Part shown: in pieces, positions 57,645-64,000 of the stretch
Layout of the letters: each line of letters begins with the position of its first letter
How positions within the stretch are numbered: position 1 is the first letter of the stretch
Virus record (IMG/VR): IMGVR_UViG_3300042904_000405
Coordinates: 8,404-72,403 of that record
Length of the DNA stretch: 64,000 nucleotides
Reading direction: 5' to 3' (one strand)
From: a virus
Position numbers and translations under genes: made by a program
The notes under the pieces: model-generated
Database searches by the model: none
What the model was told of the DNA's origin: nothing
What the model saw: only the letters and a program-made list of their open reading frames with translations

Positions 57645-60600
57645 ATGGCTGAGTCCGAACAGGTAACCGTCACCTTCGAGGACGACGGCTCAGCCAGAGG
57701 CATCGCGCAGGGCCTTGTCAACGCCCTCGACCAGGTGTTCAGCAGGTCGTTGAGTGGTCTCGGCGACCGGCTGGAGAAGCCGTTCAAGGACATGGCCACG
57801 TCCGCCAAGAAGGCGAGCAAGACGGCCAAGGACTCGATGGACGACATCTTCGCCTCGATGCAGAAGACGACGAAGGGTGCCGAGGCCTTCGCCAAGACCA
57901 TGGAGGGGCTGAGCCGGACTAACGCCAAGGCCGGCGGGATCCTGGACCCGGACACGTTCGACGCCACCCGCCAGTCCTTCGTCCGCCTCGACGAGAACAT
58001 CGACCGCGTCATCCGCAACTTCGACCGTCTGTCCGCCACGGCTGGCGGCCGGCAGGTGCTCGGCGACCTGACCGCGGCGATCCGCTCGCAGGCCAACCAG
58101 GCGAACATCGCCCAGCAGTCGATCACCCGCATCGCCGAGACCGGAGCGAAGGCTCGGATCGACGCCGCCAACAACGCCGCGAAGCGGATCACCGCCGCAG
58201 AGACCGCGGCGTCGAAGGAACGCATCGTCGCCGCCCAGCAGGAGGGCGCCCAGGCTCTCGCCGCCACCCGCGCTGCGACCCAGCGCCGGGTGGAGCTGTT
58301 CCGGGCAGCCGTCAACCAGATCCGTGCCCTTGAGCGCGGACTCGGCACCGTCTTCTCCACGACAGCCCGAGGGCTCGGGTCTGCCTTCAGCGGCATCGGT
58401 CGGACCATCAGCTCGGCCCTGTCGCGCAGCAACCGCGAGATGACGCAGGGTCTGCAGTCCTCGCTGACGACCCGGCAGAACATCATCAGCCGATCGTTCC
58501 GCACCCAGGAACAGACGATCAGCTCGTCGATCACCCGACAGACGGCGCAGCTCGACCGCCTCGAGCGCGAGCTGTCCACCGGAGTAACAGGCTTCGCCAC
58601 TGGGCGGTCGGCCGCCGCCAACGCCCTCGGGGTGGGGGGTGGCATCCTCGCAGGGGCTGGCCTGGTCAAGGTACTGAAGGACGGCTTCACGGCGGGCGCC
58701 GACTTCACCGCCGGCCTCGCTGTCCTCGACGCCCAGCTGCAGCTCACCGACGAGCAGATGGCGTCGGTCCGCAAGACCGCCCTCGATCTCGGCAACGACA
58801 TCTCGCTGCCCGGCGTGTCGGCGCTTGATGCGGCTCAGGCCATCCAGCAGCTGGCGAAGCAGTTCGGCAACCTCGGAGTAGAGGCACCCGCCGCTGCGAC
58901 CGCCGCAGCGAAGGGTGTGCTGCAGCTGTCGCGCGCCACCGGGTCATCGTCCGAGGACGCCGCCCAGGTCGTCGGCGCGGCCATCAACGTCTTCAAGGTC
59001 CAGGCGGCTGAGGCCGGTCTCGTCGCCGACCAGGTGGCGAACGCGCTGTCGAAGGCAGCAGGCACCAGCTTCACCGACTTCGCGGCCGCCTTCAAGCAGG
59101 GCGCCACGGTCTTCGCTCAGTTCCAGGTCCCCGCCCTCGGCGCCAAGGACGCGCTGCTGGAGTTCAACACGGCTCTCGCCGTCATGGCTCAGGGTGGCCT
59201 CGTCGGCTCGGACGCTGGTACCTCGATCCGGTCGTTCTTCCTCCAGGCCAACCGCGGCGCCAAGGAGTCGGAGAAGGCGCTCGCCCTCATCTCGGAACGG
59301 GCCGGCGTCACAGGTACGGCCTTCTTCGAAGCCGACGGCGACGCCCGTGGCCTCGGCGAGACCCTGACGATCCTGCGCGCCGGCCTCGAGGGGCTGTCGG
59401 ACCAGGAGCGCTCGGAGCGCCTGTTCACGCTGTTCGGCTCTGATGCCGTCCGTGCGGCGGAGATCCTGACGAACACGACAGGGCCTGCCTTCGACGCGAT
59501 GCGCGATCAGCTGCGCCGTCAGGGCACCGCGGCCGAGCTAGCAGCTGCTCAGAACCAGGGCCTGCGTGGCGCGCTGGACGCTCTCGGCTCCACCATCGAG
59601 ACCCAACTCATCCTTGCGTACGAGAAGTTCCAGATCGTCGCCGGCAACGCCGTGCTGGTCTTCGCCAATCTGTTCAACAACCTGGCGTCGGGCGAGGGCG
59701 TCTTCGCCGCAATCCGCACCGGGCTGAAGGGCCTCGCTGTCGGACTCGGCGGCCTCCTTGGCATCAAGCTGATCGCCGAAGGCTTCGGCCTGCTGCGGGT
59801 TGCGCTCCTCGCCCTGCTCACCCCGCTCGGGGCGACCATCGCCGCCTTCGCCGCCGCAGGCGCCGGTATCGCCCTTCTCCTCGAGCACTCCGAGGGCGCC
59901 CGCAAGATCTTCGACGACATCAAGCTGGGCTTCAAGGCGATGGTCGACACCTTCCGGGCGAACGATCCGAACGCCATGCAGGGGGACGGCATCGTCGGCT
60001 TCTTCCAGCGACTCGGCGGAGAGGCGCGACAGGCGTTCAACTTCATCGGGGACCAGCTGATCCCGAAGATCCAGGAGCTGGCGGGCGTCATCAAGAACTT
60101 CGCCGTCGACATCTTCACCAGCGGCGACGACGACAACGATGCCTTCCTGCGGGCGCTGATCGGCGTCGACCAGCGCTCCCTGGGCGACAAGATCGGCGAC
60201 TTCATCCGGTCGCTGGTGGGCCCCGTCGTGCGGGCCTTCCAGACGGCCTTCAGCTTCGTCCGCGACGCCATCACTGGCTCCGACAACGACGACCTCTTCC
60301 TGATGGCGCTGACTGGGTCGGACACCCGGACAGCGGGTGAGAAGTTCGGGGACCGGGTCCGCGAGATCTTCGGCACCGCCCGGGACGCGATCGTCGGCTT
60401 CGCCCAGGATGTTCAGAAGTTCGTGCAGCCGGCTGTCAATGTGCTCGGCAATCTCGCTGGCGCGCTCGTCGACATCGCCAAGGCCAACCCGACCGTCTTC
60501 TTCACCACGCTCGGCGCAGCCATCGCTGGCGGCCTCGGCGGCCTCGCGGTCGGCGGCCCGCTCGGTGGAATCATCGGGGCCGCGGGCGGCGGACTCGGCG

Positions 60601-63600
60601 CGCTGTTCGCGCAGGGCTTCGGCGACGAGATCGTCGGCGGCCTCCAGGACATTGGGCAGCGGATCCTGGAAGGGCTACAGGCTGGGCTCGGCGCAGCAGG
60701 CGGCGCGCTCAGCCGGGTCTTCGCCGTCGACAACCTCATCGACTTCGGCTTGTTCGCCACCGAGCTGGCGCAGCGCCTCGGCCGGGTGCTCGGCAACGTC
60801 CTCTCCGACCCGCGCCTCGTCGCCGGCGCGGCAGGCGTTGCTGGGTTCGCTGCCCTCGCCGCCGCCCGCTTCGTCATCGGCTTCGGCCAGGGCGTCATCT
60901 CCAACGTCCCCGAACTGGCTCGACTGCTCGGCATGGCGTTGGAGGCAGCGCTCAAGGGGGCGATCAGCTTCGTCGCCAGCAACCCCCTCACGTTCGCCAC
61001 GGCCATCGCGGGGCTCCTCATCGGCCGCCAGGCGCTGTCGGCCTTCCGTGGCGCTGGGCAGAAGGCGGGGCAAGAAGTGCAGCGAGGGATGCTGGCGACG
61101 TTCGCCAGCAACTCGACCCTCGGTCGTGCCTTCGCTGGAGGCGGCGGCGTTGTGGGCGGCGGCGGGCGCTCGTTCATCACCGGCCTGCTCGGTGGGCCCG
61201 ACGCCCTGTCGAACGCCATCCGCGACCAGACCACCCGTGCCGTGTCCACGGCCCAGCGCGAGACCGCCCGGCTCAACGCGATCCTCGCCTCTGCCGGACG
61301 CGGCATCACGCGAACCGGGGCGGGCCCCGACTTCGCCCAGAACGTACGGAACGCCTACGACCAGCTGATCAAGGACGTCGGCCCCGCTGGCGTGCGTGGC
61401 CTCCAGCTGCGCTCCGGCATCCAGGCCGCGATCAACTCTCTGCGCTCACTGTCTGCGCGGCCGCTCATCGACTTCTTCAGGAACATGGGCGTCACGGCCG
61501 GCCAGGCGTTCGGGACCGCCCTGAAGGGGGCGGCGTCGGTCGGCGCAGGCGCTATCGCGGGCTTCCAGACCGGGCAGGCATTGGCTGGGCAGAGCGGCCT
61601 GACCCAGGCCCTGGGCGTCGGCGGCCTGGCGCTCACCCTCGGTGCCATCAACCCGGCCCTCGGCATCGCTGCCGGTCTGGCGGGCGCAGCGGGCATCGCA
61701 TTCGGCAACATGGGCAAGAGCGCAGAGGCGGCCGCCGGTCGCATCAACCTGTTGGAGGACGCGATCCTCGCCGCCAACGACGCCGGCGAGCTGATCGCTG
61801 GGGTCGGCGCCCAGATCCTCAGCGACCTGGAGAAGTCCTTCGACACGGGCGAACTCGAGGGTCTGCGCAACATCCAGTTCGACTTCGACGGCCTCGTGGA
61901 GCGCGTCACCCAGGGCACCGCGACGATCCGCGACGAGTTCGATCGTTTCGCTCGAGCCTCCGGTCCAGCAGGGGCGGCGTTCGTGGCGGGCCTGGCGCCG
62001 AGCGTCGACACCGTTGAGGAGCTGAACCGCGCACTGCTCGGCACCCGCGCCGGCGGTGCCTTCCGCGACGAACTGGAGTCCATCGGCTTCGAAGCAGGAG
62101 ACGCCGAGGACATGATGCAGTTCCTCAAGCGCACCATCGGCGAGTACGACACCGCCAGCCGTAACGCCGCCGCTGGCGGGGGCTTCTCCGAAGACCTCCA
62201 GGCGACCGCCGACGCGGCGGGCGAGGCCGACCCCAAGGTGCGTGCCCTGATCGACGCGCTGATCGCGATGAACACGATCGACTCGGCTCTCGCCGCCGTC
62301 CAGATCGAGGCGGTGAAGATCGAGGCTGACGAGGCTCGGGCCGCCATGGACCTGGCGAAGGCGGCCGCGGACGACTTCCTCAACGGCACCTATGGCGACA
62401 CTCTCCAGTCTGCGCTCGACAACATCACCACCGACCTGCCGAGCATTGAGTCGCAGCTCACCGGGCTGGGGGACGTGCCGGTCGCTGTCGCTGACGCAAT
62501 CCGACGCCAGGTGGGGGATCGCATCAACGTCGACCTGCGAGCGGCGATCGCTGTTGGCCTGGAGACCGGCGAGATCACGAACCCGGGCGAGTTCCTGACG
62601 AGCCTGCGGACCCTGGTGCAGGCGCAGATCGACACGGGCCAGATCCCAGCGACCGCTGGGGCGGCGCTCATCGCCGAGATCGATTCGCTCCTCGCTTCCC
62701 CGACGTTCGCCGCCGACATGGCATCGCTGATGCAGGGCATCGTCGACAACGGCGTGCCCCCGGTGGTCCCGGCCCCGTTCACACTCGACCCCGTCCCCAC
62801 ACTCGCCCCGGACGCTCAGGCCAAGCTGGATGCGGCAATCGGCGCAGCCATCGCCGGCGGCGCAGCGACTACCGGCCCCCTTGGGTTCTCTCGGGGTGGC
62901 GCCGCTGGGGGCGGCGGGAAGGTCATCGACGTCCCGATGACGGTCAACCCCGTCATCACTGTCAGCGCCGACTACGGGGCGAACCTGGCCGCCGCGCTCG
63001 CCAACCTCCGCAACACGGGGGCGAAGCCCGGGACCATCGACGTGTTGATGACGGTCAATCCGATCATCACGATCAGCCCGAACTACGGAGCGAACCTCGC
63101 CGCGGCGCTCGCCACCCTGCGCAACACGGGCGCCAAGCCGGGCGTCATCAACGTGCCGATGACGATCAACCCGATCTTCACCGTGGCTGGCTCGGCCACC
63201 GGAGCGGCCCTCGCGGTGGGCATCCGGCTCGGTCAGTTCGTCGCGGCGGGCATCTCCAGCGGCACCGGAGCTGTCGGCGCCGCAGCGGCCGTACTCGTCC
63301 GGTCGGCGGTCGCCATCATGATCCCCGCCGCAGTCCAGGCTCTCGCCGCCGGTGCCGCCTTCTCGGCACGCTTCGCCGCTGGCATCCGAGGTGGCCTGGG
63401 TGTCGCCGTCGCCGCCGCTCGTGCCATCGCTGCCTCCAGCGTCGCGGCGGCCGCCAGCGCCTCGGCAGCTGCGGCTGCAGCTGGCCGGGCCTTCGCTTCC
63501 GCCTATGCGGCCGGTATCCGTGGAGGGTCGGGCGCGGCGATCGGAGCGGCGCGTGCCTTGGGCGCCGCCGCCTCGGCAGCCGTGCGCACCAGCACCGGCC

Positions 63601-64000
63601 AGGCGCAGTCGGCTGGCGCCGCCCTCGGCGCGGGTCTCGCCGCTGGCATCCGGGCGAGCACGGGAGCGGCCGTGGGCGCTGCACGTAGCATGGCGGCTCA
63701 GGTTGCCGCCGCTTCACGCTCTGCCCTGCAGATCGCTTCTCCCTCCCGGGTGTTCATGGACATCGGCCGCGAGATCGGCCGCGGCCTCGCTCAGGGCATC
63801 GCCGACTCCGAAGGCGACATCACCAGTGCGGCGCGCTCGGCCGTCGACGCAGTCGTGAAGGCCTCCTCCACGCGGGCGGAGCAAATAGCATCTGCCTCAT
63901 CGTCGCTGTTCGATCTGCTGCAGCCGGGCGGGCTCAACAACGTCAGCGCGGCCGAGCAGGTACGCAACACGATCGGCCTGACGACCATGGCGACCGACCT
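57645..64000 (+). CDS. Tape measure protein (3' end outside the window, >2100 aa)
   Basis: Open Ala/Gly-rich frame to the window end; TP901-type core (GSDAGTS.R, LFG.DA.RAA) and LQIASPSRVF..IG motif. Confidence 0.9.
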   Translation, partial: MAESEQVTVTFEDDGSARGIAQGLVNALDQVFSRSLSGLGDRLEKPFKDMATSAKKASKTAKDSMDDIFASMQKTTKGAEAFAKTMEGLSRTNAKAGGILDPDTFDATRQSFVRLDENIDRVIRNFDRLSATAGGRQVLGDLTAAIRSQANQANIAQQSITRIAETGAKARIDAANNAAKRITAAETAASKERIVAAQQEGAQALAATRAATQRRVELFRAAVNQIRALERGLGTVFSTTARGLGSAFSGIGRTISSALSRSNREMTQGLQSSLTTRQNIISRSFRTQEQTISSSITRQTAQLDRLERELSTGVTGFATGRSAAANALGVGGGILAGAGLVKVLKDGFTAGADFTAGLAVLDAQLQLTDEQMASVRKTALDLGNDISLPGVSALDAAQAIQQLAKQFGNLGVEAPAAATAAAKGVLQLSRATGSSSEDAAQVVGAAINVFKVQAAEAGLVADQVANALSKAAGTSFTDFAAAFKQGATVFAQFQVPALGAKDALLEFNTALAVMAQGGLVGSDAGTSIRSFFLQANRGAKESEKALALISERAGVTGTAFFEADGDARGLGETLTILRAGLEGLSDQERSERLFTLFGSDAVRAAEILTNTTGPAFDAMRDQLRRQGTAAELAAAQNQGLRGALDALGSTIETQLILAYEKFQIVAGNAVLVFANLFNNLASGEGVFAAIRTGLKGLAVGLGGLLGIKLIAEGFGLLRVALLALLTPLGATIAAFAAAGAGIALLLEHSEGARKIFDDIKLGFKAMVDTFRANDPNAMQGDGIVGFFQRLGGEARQAFNFIGDQLIPKIQELAGVIKNFAVDIFTSGDDDNDAFLRALIGVDQRSLGDKIGDFIRSLVGPVVRAFQTAFSFVRDAITGSDNDDLFLMALTGSDTRTAGEKFGDRVREIFGTARDAIVGFAQDVQKFVQPAVNVLGNLAGALVDIAKANPTVFFTTLGAAIAGGLGGLAVGGPLGGIIGAAGGGLGALFAQGFGDEIVGGLQDIGQRILEGLQAGLGAAGGALSRVFAVDNLIDFGLFATELAQRLGRVLGNVLSDPRLVAGAAGVAGFAALAAARFVIGFGQGVISNVPELARLLGMALEAALKGAISFVASNPLTFATAIAGLLIGRQALSAFRGAGQKAGQEVQRGMLATFASNSTLGRAFAGGGGVVGGGGRSFITGLLGGPDALSNAIRDQTTRAVSTAQRETARLNAILASAGRGITRTGAGPDFAQNVRNAYDQLIKDVGPAGVRGLQLRSGIQAAINSLRSLSARPLIDFFRNMGVTAGQAFGTALKGAASVGAGAIAGFQTGQALAGQSGLTQALGVGGLALTLGAINPALGIAAGLAGAAGIAFGNMGKSAEAAAGRINLLEDAILAANDAGELIAGVGAQILSDLEKSFDTGELEGLRNIQFDFDGLVERVTQGTATIRDEFDRFARASGPAGAAFVAGLAPSVDTVEELNRALLGTRAGGAFRDELESIGFEAGDAEDMMQFLKRTIGEYDTASRNAAAGGGFSEDLQATADAAGEADPKVRALIDALIAMNTIDSALAAVQIEAVKIEADEARAAMDLAKAAADDFLNGTYGDTLQSALDNITTDLPSIESQLTGLGDVPVAVADAIRRQVGDRINVDLRAAIAVGLETGEITNPGEFLTSLRTLVQAQIDTGQIPATAGAALIAEIDSLLASPTFAADMASLMQGIVDNGVPPVVPAPFTLDPVPTLAPDAQAKLDAAIGAAIAGGAATTGPLGFSRGGAAGGGGKVIDVPMTVNPVITVSADYGANLAAALANLRNTGAKPGTIDVLMTVNPIITISPNYGANLAAALATLRNTGAKPGVINVPMTINPIFTVAGSATGAALAVGIRLGQFVAAGISSGTGAVGAAAAVLVRSAVAIMIPAAVQALAAGAAFSARFAAGIRGGLGVAVAAARAIAASSVAAAASASAAAAAAGRAFASAYAAGIRGGSGAAIGAARALGAAASAAVRTSTGQAQSAGAALGAGLAAGIRASTGAAVGAARSMAAQVAAASRSALQIASPSRVFMDIGREIGRGLAQGIADSEGDITSAARSAVDAVVKASSTRAEQIASASSSLFDLLQPGGLNNVSAAEQVRNTIGLTTMATD

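Noticed and set aside
57401-63988. Many short ORFs listed over the last 6.5 kb
   Set aside because: All overlap the single tape measure frame from 57645, which the track omits because it has no stop in the window.
1-64000. tRNA, rRNA, integrase/attP or IS elements
   Set aside because: No convincing cloverleaf, recombinase catalytic motif or transposase was recognised by eye; a tRNAscan/HMM run would be needed to exclude them fully.

Overview
The window holds most of a high-GC, siphovirus-like phage genome, probably circularly permuted. The host is inferred to be an actinobacterium from WhiB, Rpf, a GPGG-motif protein and leaderless TANNNT promoters. It starts inside the endolysin and ends inside the tape measure gene. 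Order: lysis and accessory virion/fibre genes (1-7.4 kb); metacaspase, WhiB and terminase (7.5-12.4 kb); a leftward block of about 50 small genes including a LexA-like DNA-binding domain, two DNA methylases and a Gp88-like protein (12.4-29.7 kb); a G-rich divergence region with a tandem array of SOS-box-like units (29.8-30.2 kb); further small genes including lipoproteins, Rpf and RHH regulators (30.3-39.4 kb); HNH and replication initiator (39.6-41.8 kb); portal, protease and two capsid proteins; a glycosyltransferase/methyltransferase cluster; neck and tail genes. No integrase, DNA polymerase, reverse transcriptase, tRNA or CRISPR array was seen. Two signals stand out. (1) Twelve co-oriented copies of a conserved motif (GAACCGCCG, usually followed by TYCRAT/C), always read as E-P-P, sit at the module boundaries of two clusters of micro-genes and suggest a frame-preserving cassette-shuffling or operator system. 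(2) Ten tandem LexA-box-like units occur together with a phage-encoded LexA-like DNA-binding domain that lacks the protease domain. All product calls come from motif recognition by eye, not from database searches.
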